The notes below the pieces were generated by a model, which saw nothing but the letters and a program-made list of their open reading frames with translations, ran no database searches and was not told the DNA's origin. This document shows, piece by piece, positions 8,675 to 19,636 of a stretch of DNA of 64,000 nucleotides. This stretch comes from an uncultured Actinomycetota bacterium (GTDB lineage: Bacteria > Actinomycetota > Actinomycetes > JAFAQI01). The DNA is taken from NCBI GenBank assembly GCA_963770565.1, contig CAVYQE010000002.1, forward strand, positions 448,001 to 512,000, given 5' to 3'. Each line of letters starts with the position of its first letter. Positions within the stretch are counted from its first letter, which is position 1. The translations under genes were made by a program, and so were the position numbers.

Positions 8675-9193
8675 ATGCCGCGCCGAAAAACCCCCGGACC
8701 GTCGCCGCTGCGTGGTCGTACCACCTCGGCCGAGCGGGCAGCCAGGACGGCGCGGGAGCAAGCGAAGGCGCAGGCGGCAGGCTTCGGCTCAGCGTATGAG
8801 CAACGACTGGCCCGGGGTCGTGAGCGCGGATTGTCGCGATCGGTGGCGGGTGGGAAGCCGACGCCGCGTGAGGTGCCGCTGTCGAGTCAGCACCTGACCT
8901 TCTACTCAGTCCCGGTGCGCATCGGGTCGGGCACGGTGCTGGTGGATATCGAGACCCGGAACTTGCGTGGGGGGAGTGTGCTCGGCGCCTACCTGGCCGA
9001 CATCGGAGCGTTGCTGCGCGGGCGGCTGACCGCAGCGGAGTTCGAGGCACGGTGGCAGCGGCGGACGGTGGCCGGGCATCGGTTGGAGTCGCGGGCGGCG
9101 TTCGTGGTCGAGGCGATGCGCTCACGTGGCCCGCAGCCGGGTGAGCCGCGGTACCGCCGGGTGGCGGCCGGCGCCGGGGGTGGTTCCCGGTGA
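8675..9193 (+). CDS. basic hypothetical protein
   Basis: ATG 1 nt after the upstream stop; GTGA overlap with the next gene; Arg-rich. Confidence 0.65.
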   Translation: MPRRKTPGPSPLRGRTTSAERAARTAREQAKAQAAGFGSAYEQRLARGRERGLSRSVAGGKPTPREVPLSSQHLTFYSVPVRIGSGTVLVDIETRNLRGGSVLGAYLADIGALLRGRLTAAEFEARWQRRTVAGHRLESRAAFVVEAMRSRGPQPGEPRYRRVAAGAGGGSR

Positions 9194-9522
9194 TCGGCCG
9201 GTGCTCGCGTTGCGGCGTAATCGGTCCGATCGATCGGGATCACCCGTCGGGCCGGGACCACGACATTCCGTTGCACCCGGACTGGACGCTCCCGTTGTGC
9301 CGGGCGTGCTGTCACAAGCTGACGGGCCGGCTAGACCGCGGCGCGGGTGTGGAGGGCGGCGCACCGACAGTGCGACTGGTCGCGAGCCGGGTCGCTTCCC
9401 GGCTTGGCTGCTACGCGCTGACCGATGAACCGCTGGTGCTGGACCCGCAAGTGATCGCGACGTTCGCTCGTCTGGTCGCGGACGTGGCCCGGCGGGTGCC
9501 TGCGGACCTGGCGTGGGACTAG
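9190..9522 (+). CDS. HNH-type (Zn-binding) endonuclease-like protein
   Basis: CSRC...DRDH...LCRAC pattern. Confidence 0.65.
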   Translation: MIGRCSRCGVIGPIDRDHPSGRDHDIPLHPDWTLPLCRACCHKLTGRLDRGAGVEGGAPTVRLVASRVASRLGCYALTDEPLVLDPQVIATFARLVADVARRVPADLAWD

Positions 9523-9524
9523 CG

Positions 9525-12443
9525 GTGAGCGAGCTGTACCGGTTGCGGGTGCGCGGGCATGTCGATGCGTGCCCGAGACCGGCCGTCCGCGGGGAGCCGT
9601 GGGGGTGGGTGCGGGACACGCCGTGGCTGTTGCTGCATGTCCTCGCCGACGGGCGGGACCGTCCGCTGCTCGCGACCGCGCGCGACCTGCACGCGATCGT
9701 GTCTGAGAGCGGGGCGGGACGCGGGGTCGTTTGGTGTGCACGGCCGAGGACATCTACGCCACTGCGGACCGTCTCGACGGGCTGCGCGAGGCACTGCGGG
9801 GTGTGCTCCCGGATGTGCCTGCGGGCTTCGACGTCGAGGATCTGCGGGTCGAACCGTTGGCCCGGGTCGGGAAGCTGATCCGTGACTGTTCCTACCGGAA
9901 CCGGTGGCCGGTGATCGGCTGGGATCTGCCCTGGTTGTTCGGTCGGTGGGCTGAGCACGCCGGAAACGCCCAGGCCCGCGGCCGGGGTGGGTTCAGCCTG
10001 GTCCTGGCCGGGCTCGGCCGGTTCACTGACGGGACGTTCGTGGACGGCGTGGGAGGACAGCCCGGCGCTGCAGGTCATCCCCCGTCCGGGCGGGGACACC
10101 GGCGGGTTCTATCGGTGGGCGAACCCGAAGACCGACCGTTACCGCGGCAAGCACCCGGCCCGGTTCGTTGACCTGCGGGTCCTCGCGGGTGCGCTCGGCG
10201 GCGGGCAGGTTGAGACCCCGGCCGACGCCGCCCGCCTGTTCGACCTGACCTGGCCGGAGCCGTCCGACGACCCGGTGGCGCGGCTCCGCGCGGAAGCGGC
10301 CGCCTTAGGTGAGTTGGCGACCGCGTTGTTCCGTGCGATCGTCGCGGCGGCGCCTGGGTTGGACCCGGCCGCAGTCCAAAGCTTCGGCACCGATCGCCAC
10401 CCACCTGCTCGCAGAAGCGGGTGTCAGGCCACCGTTGGGCAAGACCCGCCGGCTGCCCCCGAATGATCTGGGCGATGCGGCGTCGGCGACGTTCGGTGGC
10501 CGGTTCGACGCTGCACTGGTTGGTGTCGCGCTCCCCGCGGTCCTGGTCGATATCAGCAAGACTTACGCGTCGCTGTTCGCGCTGCTCGGTCTGGACGGCG
10601 TGTACGGGTGTCGGGAGTTCCGCAGCGAACCCCGCGACCCGACCCTGATCGCGTCGCTGCTCACCGACCCGGCCGCGATCTGGCAAGCGGAGACCTGGGC
10701 CGAGCTGGGGTTGACGTTCGTCACGTTGCATCCGACCGGCCAACCATTGCCGTGCTCGGTGGAGCTTGCTCCGGGCCGGTGGCGGAGCATGGTCGCGCCG
10801 CTCGACCTGTCCGGCGGGAGTGCGACCTACCACTGGGCTGAGGTGCTCGCCGCGGTCGTGGCGGGCGCGGATCCCGCGAGCATTCAGATCGACCGGGTGT
10901 TCTCGATCCGGCCGGTCGGCACCCAACCCGACCTGACCCCGGTCCGGCTGGTCACCGGCCGCACCGTCGACCTCACCAGTGGCGAGCTCGGTGCGGCGCT
11001 GGTCACCGAAGCCACCCGCAGCGACCTCCCGCGGTGGCAGCGCAACCTGGCGCGGGCCACCGCGCAAGCCATCAGCTACGGGGTGCTGCTGCGGCACGAC
11101 CCGATCCCACGATCCGGCGAGACCAGCGCGGTCGGACCGGGCGGGCATCGGGTCACCGTCCGAGCCGCCAGGCCGGAGCGACCGGGACCGTTCACGTTCC
11201 TTCCCGCCGGTGCCGCGGTGTGCGCCGCCACCCGGCTGATCATCGCCTTGCTCACCGCCGAGCTACGAGCAGCCGGCAGCGCGGCGATGGCGATCCACGC
11301 CGACAGCGTCACGATCCCCTGCACCCCGACCGGCGAGAGTTTCCCGGTCGACGGCGCATCCGACGGACGCCTCCGCACCCTCACCCCCGGCCAGCTCGAC
11401 CAGCTGCTCGACGGGTTCGCGCCGCTCGGGATCACCTTCCGCACCGAGGTCGCCAACCCCGACGGTCGCACCCACGGGCTCGTGGTCGGGGTCAACAAGA
11501 CCGTCTTCGCCCAGCACCGCGCCGACCGGTCATGGCAGGTCGTGCGCAGCAGCGACACCGGGCTCGGGGGGAGCCTCGCCGACCCGTCCGACACCCCGGG
11601 CACCCGGACCCCGGACGGTCGGTGGCAATGGAGCGCCACCCTCGAAACCACGATGTTCCCCCGGGACGAGCCGGCTCCGCTGCCCGGATGGGTGGACCGG
11701 CCGGTGGTGCGCCGCTACACCGCCAACACCCCCGCCGTGCTGGCGCAGCTGAGGGACGAGCTCGCCGACCCGACCGTGATGCCGTTCGCCCGGTACCTGC
11801 GCGCCGAACCGCTGGTCGGCACCGGCGGGCCGGTCGCGCTCGGCCCCTGGCCCGACCCGGCCCGCTGGGCCGAGGCCGGCTGGCGGTTGCACGGCAAACC
11901 GGTCACCGACCCAGCCGGGTCCTGCCGGGCCCACCCGGCAGGGCTCGCCTACACCCTGACTCGGACGGTCAGCGACTACTTCACGGCGTGGGCCACACCG
12001 AACGATCCGAGCACCACCGGACCGGAGCGCGGCCTTCGCGACCCGGTCCCGATCCGATCCGCTCTTGGGCTGACCGTGGTCGTCGGCCGGGACTCCGCCG
12101 ACCTGCCGGACACCGAGCCCGACCCGGCGATGCCCAACCCCACCAGCCGCCTGGTGTACGGGCACACCGCCCAAGCCGAACTCCGGAACCGCATCCGCGA
12201 CATCGGGCCGCGCCGATTCAGTCAACAGTCCGGGATCGCGTGGTCGACCGTGTCGCAGTACGTCAACGACCGGCCCGGCAGCCCGCAGCTCACTCAACGG
12301 ATCGCGATCGCGCTCGCCCGTTACACCCCCACGCCACGCGCGACCCGCCTCGTGCCGTGCGGGCACTGCAACAAGCCACCAGCCGCCGAAGGTGGTGCTC
12401 GGACCGGTGCCGGATGGCCGCGACCCGAGCCGGTGCCGCGTGA
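9525..12443 (+). CDS. polB: casposon-type family B DNA polymerase-like gene, split by about 4 frameshifts, with C-terminal HTH and Zn finger
   Basis: pieces in ORFs 9513, 9731, 9987, 10309 and the end of 11034..12443; FGGR..VDISKTYAS (motif A), ISYG (B), ERPGPFTF..ATRL, IHADS (C); CGHC..WCSDRC terminus. Confidence 0.75.
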
Positions 12444-12892
12444 CCCGATCCCCCCGATCCCCGGCGCCACGGGTGTACGTGGCGCACCCGCTCAGCAGCT
12501 ACTCGACCCCGCACGCCACCACGACCCTGGCCGCGCTCCGCGTTGTGTTGCCGGGCGCAGAGATGGTCGACCCGGAGCACTGCGGTTGGGACGGCAACGA
12601 CGACTGGCGGCACGGCTGGCCAGACCTGCTCGGCACATTGACCGGGCTGGTCGTGTTCGCCGCGACCGACGGCACGATCGGGACCGGATGCCTCAACGAG
12701 ATCACCGACGCGATCACCGTCGGCCTTCCGGTCGCCGCCTACGACAAGCAGCTCGGGCTCGTCGAGCTCGCCGGATCCGCGCTCGTCCCCGCCGGTCAGC
12801 GCGACCCAGCCCGGGTGGCGTGGCTGGCATACGGGCCCCCGTTCGACCCGACAGCCTTCACGCGACGGGCCTGTTTGCGGGTGGCGCGGTGA
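12440..12892 (+). CDS. nucleoside 2-deoxyribosyltransferase/N-glycosidase-like protein
   Basis: VYVAHP and GTIGTGCLNEI..A..GLPV motifs; GTGA overlap with the polB stop. Confidence 0.6.
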   Translation: MTRSPRSPAPRVYVAHPLSSYSTPHATTTLAALRVVLPGAEMVDPEHCGWDGNDDWRHGWPDLLGTLTGLVVFAATDGTIGTGCLNEITDAITVGLPVAAYDKQLGLVELAGSALVPAGQRDPARVAWLAYGPPFDPTAFTRRACLRVAR

Positions 12893-13455
12893 AGCGACCG
12901 GGGCGGCGGCTGCCCGCCACGGCGGCTCGCGACCCTGGCCGGACGGTGACGCCCCCCGGAATACTCGCCGCATTCGCCCCCCTCGCGGAGGCGGCACCGG
13001 GGCGGGTTCTCGACCGGGGCGCAAGAACGGCTAAGGGGCGACACCCCCAAAGGTGCCACAGAACTACGGGCACCGAATAGGAGCGGCATCGGGGGCAGAA
13101 CTGCGGCCCCGGGGCCTGCCCGAACGCCCGCGGAGAAGCCCCCGGAAACAATCCGTTGATCCGGTGTTGCGCCCCGTATGAGGCGGAAGGGACCCCGAAT
13201 TCGGCCCCCGCCCACTTATGCGCCCCGGGGCGTGAAACGGGGCGCCCCCTAATCCATACGGGGCAGAACACACCGCACCCCATCGACGAAGCACGAGTGC
13301 ACGAAGGAAGCGCCCCGGCGGCGGGGGTCGAGGCACGAGGGGGACGCAACCGGTCACCGCACGCCGCACCCTCTATAAATCCGCGGTAAACCCGCTGGCC
13401 ATCCAGGGCACCTGATTTGGCTGCAGGGTCGCGGTGGCCCCGTTAACCTCCGGCC

Positions 13456-13911
13456 ATGCGACGCGCCACGCTAAACCTCCCGGTCCTGCTGGTAATGGCG
13501 TTCGCTCTCACCGCTGCCGGCTGTAGCGCCGGCACCCCAAAGCCCGCGCCCACCGTAACGCGAACCGTGACTACAAAACCGGTGACAACCAGCGGGGACG
13601 CCGGGACTCTCCAACCAGAGTCCTGCCAACGCGTCTCCAGCGGCGCAGACGGCAACGTTTCCCCGGTGTTATGCCCGGACGGGCACCCCAACGCCTACGC
13701 CATGCCCACCCTGGAATCCACCGCATCAGCGATGTTCTCCCTCGGGGAGTTCGCTACCACTGGCCAGATCGAAAACGCGGCCTGCCGCGACCTCCCCCAC
13801 TCCACCAACCCGATCGAGCAAAGCGCATACCAGTTCATGCAAGCCCTCAACGGATGGCAGTTCGGAATCGACCCCACCGACAACGGACTGTTCTCATACT
13901 GCCAACCATGA
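13456..13911 (+). CDS. lipoprotein
   Basis: LTAAGC lipobox; TATAAAT at 13374-13380 upstream. Confidence 0.7.
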   Translation: MRRATLNLPVLLVMAFALTAAGCSAGTPKPAPTVTRTVTTKPVTTSGDAGTLQPESCQRVSSGADGNVSPVLCPDGHPNAYAMPTLESTASAMFSLGEFATTGQIENAACRDLPHSTNPIEQSAYQFMQALNGWQFGIDPTDNGLFSYCQP

Positions 13912-14677
13912 AGCGTGCTGCCCCATCGCTGTCAGCGTGCTGGAACGGCACGTATGGATCACCTACACCACGCGAGGGCGTGCCCACGACGAAACGCTCG
14001 TGCTCCTACGGCGGCGGGGCCACATTTAGGCGCGCAGTCGCGAGCTGTCGCCATAGCCGCCAACGCAGGGCACGTTCTTCGGGCGCGCGTTGTCGCACAG
14101 TTCGACGTAGTTCATGAGGATCATTCGGACAGACGGCGGCGATACAGGCAGCCAGCCATTGGACTGGAGTCACTCACGTAGAGCACATTAAGCGGCCTTG
14201 ACGGCCAGCGTGAAGTATGTAGAGGACAGCTCGACCAAGTGAGCGACGCGCACGACGAGGACAACTTGCGCGTGGAGTTGCACTGTCGCCGGTAACCGGC
14301 ATTGCGACGCGATGGACTGAGAAGTCGCTGCGGTCGCAGTCTCGGCACGGCCCAGGATCCGAGTTCGACGGCAAGCAGGCAATGCAGGGCGTCGCGGCAC
14401 CTAAGGGAACTTCACAGAAGTCGAGTGACGACTGGGCGACGACGCTGCACCACTACAGCGCGGCGACGAGAAGCGTGAGCGAAAGGACCGGCCAAGACGC
14501 GCACTCAGATGCCCGTCAGACGGCGCGCGCAGTTCAGCATCGCGTTCCACAGGGACTTGATGATGACCAGGTGCCTCCGGGCCAACACAAGTAGAAGGTA
14601 ACGCCGGCTAGGTCCGGGTTGGGTGGGGATCTTCAGGGTGCCGGGAGACAGGCTTCCGGCCTGATCTGGAAGGGTCC

Positions 14678-15590
14678 GTGATGACCATGACCGAGCTGTC
14701 TTTGACGACGAGCGACGCGACGCGATTGGCGATGGCGGCGTTCCTGGCCCGCTACCGCGAACCGACCCTCACCGCTTACACGCAAGACCTCGGTCCTACT
14801 CGGCCTGGTGCACCAGCAGTACAACCGGCGAGGTGCTCCATGTCACCCGCGGCCGAGCTTGAGATGTACGTCCGGCAGATGGAGAGCCCGCGGGTACGCC
14901 GCCGCGACGATCGCTCGCCGCTTCGGCACCGTCGCCACCTTCTATAAGTACGCGGTCATCGACGGGCTCATCACGGCCAACCCGGCGGACGCCGTCACGC
15001 GCCCGAAGGATGGCATGGGAGGGGCAGAGGCGCACCGTGCTGCACCCGCTGGAGTTCGCGGCACTGCTGTCCGCTGCCCGCACGTCCAGCCCGAACGACC
15101 ACGCGCTTGTCTGTCTGCTCGGCATGCTTGGTCTGCGCGTCTCCGAAGCGTGCAACGCCGACATCACCGACATCCGGTACGAGTCCGGCTACGAGCTGCT
15201 GCACGTCATCGGCAAGGGCGCCAAGCCGGCCGACATCCCGCTGCCGATCCCGGTTCTGAGAGCGGTGCGGGAGGCGATCGATGGACGCGACGAGCGGACC
15301 GATCCTGCAGCACCCGGACCGGGCGGCGGATGGACCGGCCGGCGCCAGCAGGGCGCTCGTCCGGGTGGCCCGCGCCGCAGGCGATCAGCCACCAGATAAG
15401 CCCGCACGGCCTGCGGCGGACCTTCTGCACCACTGGCCTTGTCGCTGGCATCGCGATCAGAGACATGCAGTACGCGATGCGGCACGCGGACCCGCGTACG
15501 ACCCTGCGGTACGACATGGCCAAGGCCAACCTCGACCGCCACGCGGCGCATGCCGTCGCCGCCTACCTGGCCGGCATGAGCACCGGCTGA
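14678..15590 (+). pseudogene. tyrosine recombinase (XerD-like), multiply frameshifted
   Basis: GLRVSE, GKG, HGLRR, RHAD, LRY catalytic motifs spread over several frames. Confidence 0.85.
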
Positions 15591-15660
15591 GCCCGGACCT
15601 AGCCGGCGTTCTGTCCGCGCCGCTGGGGAACGATTGACCGGCACGGGGCGTCGTATCACC

Positions 15661-16080
15661 ATGAAGACCATGCGAGTGAGGGTTGGATGGGCCGCGTCCG
15701 CCACAGCGGCGGCCGCGCTGGTCGCTGGTTGCACTCACGCAGCCGCGCCCGCTTCGAGCCCTGTCGCCGAACCAACCAGCCCTGCGCTCGGCACTGTCGT
15801 TGGTAGTTTCAGAGCGGGAGCCGGGCCGGATGGTGGCTCGGGCGGCCCGCTACCGGGCGTGGTTACGGTCAGGCTGCACACGATTGGCGGGCGCGTCGTC
15901 GCCTCCGCACACGCCGACACGACCGGCAGGTTCCACTTCGCGCTCCGACCCGGTCGCTACGCATCGAGCGCGATCGCGCTCAAGAAGTTGCCGTGTCATG
16001 TTGGGCCCACGCCTCCCCAGCGTGTCAACGTGGTGGCGGGTCACGTCGCGCGAGTCGTCCTGATCTGCCCCGTTGGGTAG
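15661..16080 (+). CDS. lipoprotein
   Basis: LVAGC lipobox; beta-rich TDxxGRF..LRPGRY-like segment. Confidence 0.65.
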   Translation: MKTMRVRVGWAASATAAAALVAGCTHAAAPASSPVAEPTSPALGTVVGSFRAGAGPDGGSGGPLPGVVTVRLHTIGGRVVASAHADTTGRFHFALRPGRYASSAIALKKLPCHVGPTPPQRVNVVAGHVARVVLICPVG

Positions 16081-16129
16081 GCACGCCGAAGCGCCGATAC
16101 ATAGCACTCGAACTCGCGGTATGGATCGC

Positions 16130-16735
16130 TCAGCCGCGGAGTTCGGTGTAGGGCGATAGATCGATCAGGTCGCCACGGCAGACGCCGACATTCCTCCTTG
16201 CGATCAGGGATGCCGAGGCCCGCGAAGTTTCGACGCGCAGATCGGCCGAGAGGCTAGCGCCACACTCCGCTCCCCGGTCAACGATGAGATAGGCGTAGGC
16301 GGTGCCGCCCGCCGCGACGGCCACGCTTTCGGAATGGAGTGCGCTCGTGGCGCCAGCGACGATCGGCGGGTATGGCCACCTTGTGGATGGGTGAACGCGA
16401 GTCCATGAACGTGGTGCGGAGGTACGTGTCAGGCGCAGGTACGGGTAGCCCTGGAGTGCACAGGCGCGTCGCGAACGGTTGCGGAATCCGAGGACGTACG
16501 CCGATTCGTGATTGTCGACAACGTGCCCAGTGGCATCCATGGTGATCGCGACCACCGCCGGAGCACACCTCGACAGAGGCGTATCGACGAGGCCAACGGG
16601 TGCCGTTGTCCGGGCCGTCGTGGCCCGTGGCGTCGACGTTGGCGGCGTCTGGGTCGGTCCCGACGCCGATCCCGAGCACCCGGTGAGGAGCCACACCGCG
16701 ACGCATGCGGCCGCCACCGACGTGATGCGCATCAT
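16130..16735 (-). CDS. DUF4232-like lipoprotein
   Basis: LTGC lipobox; FRNRSRRACALQGYP motif. Confidence 0.7.
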   Translation of the reverse strand: MMRITSVAAACVAVWLLTGCSGSASGPTQTPPTSTPRATTARTTAPVGLVDTPLSRCAPAVVAITMDATGHVVDNHESAYVLGFRNRSRRACALQGYPYLRLTRTSAPRSWTRVHPSTRWPYPPIVAGATSALHSESVAVAAGGTAYAYLIVDRGAECGASLSADLRVETSRASASLIARRNVGVCRGDLIDLSPYTELRG

Positions 16736-16809
16736 GACAGTGTGACGTAGTCAAGCCTCTGAAGGTTGGCTCTCACCAATCGGCTTCTGTACCGCGCGAT
16801 AGGTGATGC

Positions 16810-18150
16810 CATAACGGAGCGGGGCCTCCCGCTCCTGTGAGTACCGCAGGAGACTGCGGTTGCTCATAAACCCACATGGTGAGGGAGGCCACCAATGAGT
16901 GACGGTATCGCTAGGAAGAAGCAGTTCGTCGGCGTCGACCTGCATCTGCACCGGTCGGTGATCGTGCGGATCGACAACCGCGGTCGCGAGCTCGAGTGCG
17001 TGCGGATCGACAACTCTGTGTCCGGCCTTGTCGCTGAAGTGGCGAAGGCTGGGCAGGGTGCGCCGGTCGCGATCGAGGCGACATATGGCTGGTACTGGGC
17101 GGTCGACGCGTTGCAGGCGAAGGGTTTCGAGGTGCATCTCGCGCACCCGTACGGGATGAAGCAGATGCGGAAGCGGCGCCGGGTGAAGACTGACCATGCG
17201 GATGCGCTGGAGTTGGCGCGGCTGATGCGGCTTGGTTCACTGCCGGAGGCCTACATCGCCCCGGTCGAGCTTCGGGAGCTGCGGGAGCTGGTCCGCCACC
17301 GCCAGCAGCTGACGAAGGTCGCGACCTGCAACCAAGGGCGGGATCCGCGCCGGGTTGGCGAAGCACGGGATCCGTCTGCCGGTCAGCAAGCTGAACACGG
17401 TTGCTGGGTCGGATCTGCTCGATGAGCTACGGCTTCCGGGCTACTACGGGCAGCGGCTCGCCGCGCAACGCCGGATGATGATGCTCGTCGAAGACGAGCT
17501 GGCTCGGGTGGAGCGCGAGCTGGACCGTCGGTTGAAGACCGACCCGGACTACCGGCGGCTGCAGAGGATCAAAGGGATCGGTCCGATCCTCGCGGCGGTG
17601 TTCGTCGTCGAGATCGGTGATGTGAGCCGGTTCCGCAACGCGGCCGCGATCACCTGCTGGGCCGGGCTGACTCCACGGGTGCATGAGTCCGACCGGCGCC
17701 GACACGACGGCTCGATCAGCAAGGAAGGCTGCGCCCTGGTCCGGTGGGCCGCAGTCGAATCGGTGCAACGCCAATGCGAACCAGTCATCCGAGCCGTCCG
17801 GGACGACATCCTCGCCCGCCGCGGGAAGAGAGCGAAGAACACCGCGAAAGTCGCCGCCGCCAGGCGGATGCTCGAGGTCGTCTACTACACGCTGCGTGAC
17901 GGTGAGGCCCGTTGCCTGACCAAGCCGGTCGCCGCCGCGTGAACACCGTCAAGACTTCGTGCGGGTCGAAGTAGCGGCATGACCCACCCTCGGGTGCGGT
18001 CGACGAAGTGAATGACCCCACGACCCTGGAACCCAGGGACGCTCGCACGGCTTCATGCTGACCACCACGTCGCGAAGGGATGCCTGACAGCAAACTGGCT
18101 GTCGCCGAGCTCTGCCATTTCAAACTGAAGCCGAACCTGACAACCACATA
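16810..18150 (+). mobile_element. IS110-family element (ends tentative)
   Basis: transposase 16895-17942; no TIRs; CATA at 16810-16813 and 18147-18150 as candidate core. Confidence 0.7.
16895..17942 (+). CDS. IS110 recombinase/transposase, one frameshift near 17330
   Basis: VGVDLH, IEAT, KTDHADA (RuvC-like DEDD); KGIGPI, WAGLTP..ES. Confidence 0.92.
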
Positions 18151-18372
18151 GCGACGCCGGCAACACAGTCTGCGTCAACCACGAGACGGCCTCAACACCG
18201 TTCGTCCTCGCGCTCCGCGCTCCGGGCGCTGCGTGTTGACCCCGCCCCGCGATCGACGCCGCCCTTGATCTGCCGACCATCGCCGAAGAACGCTCAAAAC
18301 AAACAGTTGACGGCCCCACTCCGTTCAGGGATGCCGTTCTCGATCGTTCCCGGCCGGCGGACCTGTCGGTGG

Positions 18373-19636
18373 TTACGAGGCGGGTCGCAGGATGGCGAGG
18401 CCGACGGGGCTGGCGTCGCAGTGGCAGCTGGGCGCGAAGGTGCCGATGATAATGAGTCCCTGTCGTGTCCATACGTCGTCGTACAGTCGAGTGAGGTGGC
18501 GGAGTCGCGGTGCGGGGTACCACGTGCGGCTTGCCGGGTCGTAGGCGGCGACGGCGCCTTCGGCGTCAGGGCCGAAGTCTTGACCACCGAAGCCTTCGCC
18601 GCCCTGGATGCCACTGATCACGCGTCCAGTGACGAGGGCGCTGGCCATGTCGCGACGAACGGTGTCATGTGCAGCGTGGTGGTCCTCGTGGTGCCGAGCC
18701 GGATGAGCTGTGGGTCCGGGTCGATGCCAATCCCGCAGAAGGAGCCGAGCGGGCAGTCCTGGCCAGCGATGAGCTGCTGAGGCCCGAAGCTCTGAGCCGT
18801 GTCGACGGTGACCGGGAGTGTCGGCTGGGGCTGTCTTTCCCAGCGGTCGCCGTCGAGGCGGTAGAGGTGCGCGGTCTCATGCCCGCTGGGATCGTTCGCG
18901 GTCAGGAACGCCCAGATGGAGGTGCCCTGCACGTAAGCGGCGGCGGAGCCAGATACGGAAGGCTGGGCAGCCGGGTCCAGGTCGAGCCGTCGACCCGCAT
19001 CGCCTGGCTGTCGTTCATGACAACCGCAAGCTGCGAGTCGGCGACCACGAGTGCGCCTTTGAGAATCTCGGGCGGGTCGAGCATGGTCCACCGGTTCGTG
19101 GCGGGGTTCAGCTCCGCGTCGTGTCCCCAGTCGTCGATGATGATTGCTCGCGAGCCGGTCCACGCTGCCTGCCAGCCGCCGTCGAGACGCAGCTGGGACG
19201 GCGGTGCCGCGAGCCGCCGCCACTGGCCGGTCTGCAGGTCGTAGAGCGCGACGCCGTCCTGACAGGTCTTCGGCCCGTCGGACAGGACGGCCAGAACGCC
19301 GAAGCTGGTCGACAGCACCTGTGAGATGCACTGCGCGATCGACGTCGGAACCGGGGTGACCTTCGACCAACTCCCGTCAGCGATCTGCTGCGCTGACGGT
19401 CCGGTCAGCCGGGCGGCTGGCACGGTCGGCTTCGCTGCGCTGAACGAGCCTGCGATGTCGACCGCGGCGAGCAAGACGAGTGCAACCAAGGCCGCTGACA
19501 GCACGACCGTGACGGACCGACGAGTCCGGCGCTGGCTGGCAGCGCGGTCGAGCATCTCCCGAACCGGCGCCGGCCCAACCGGGAAGCTCGCGCGCCGCTG
19601 GAGCGCATCGCGCAGCACGGCGAGGGAGTCACTCAT
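18373..19636 (-). pseudogene. membrane-anchored Kelch/propeller-like protein downstream of the ECF sigma factor (frameshifted)
   Basis: pieces in ORFs 18902, 18618, 18373; TM helix; repeated YD/NPxxxxW motifs. Confidence 0.55.

Noticed and set aside
10309-13080. 923-aa ORF as a single true protein
   Set aside because: Its ends are frameshift read-through; the real C-terminus switches frame to WCSDRC and stops at 12443, overlapping the next gene's start.
13915-14640. Short ORFs between the lipoprotein and the recombinase
   Set aside because: No recognisable motifs; possibly a frameshifted remnant, but not supportable.
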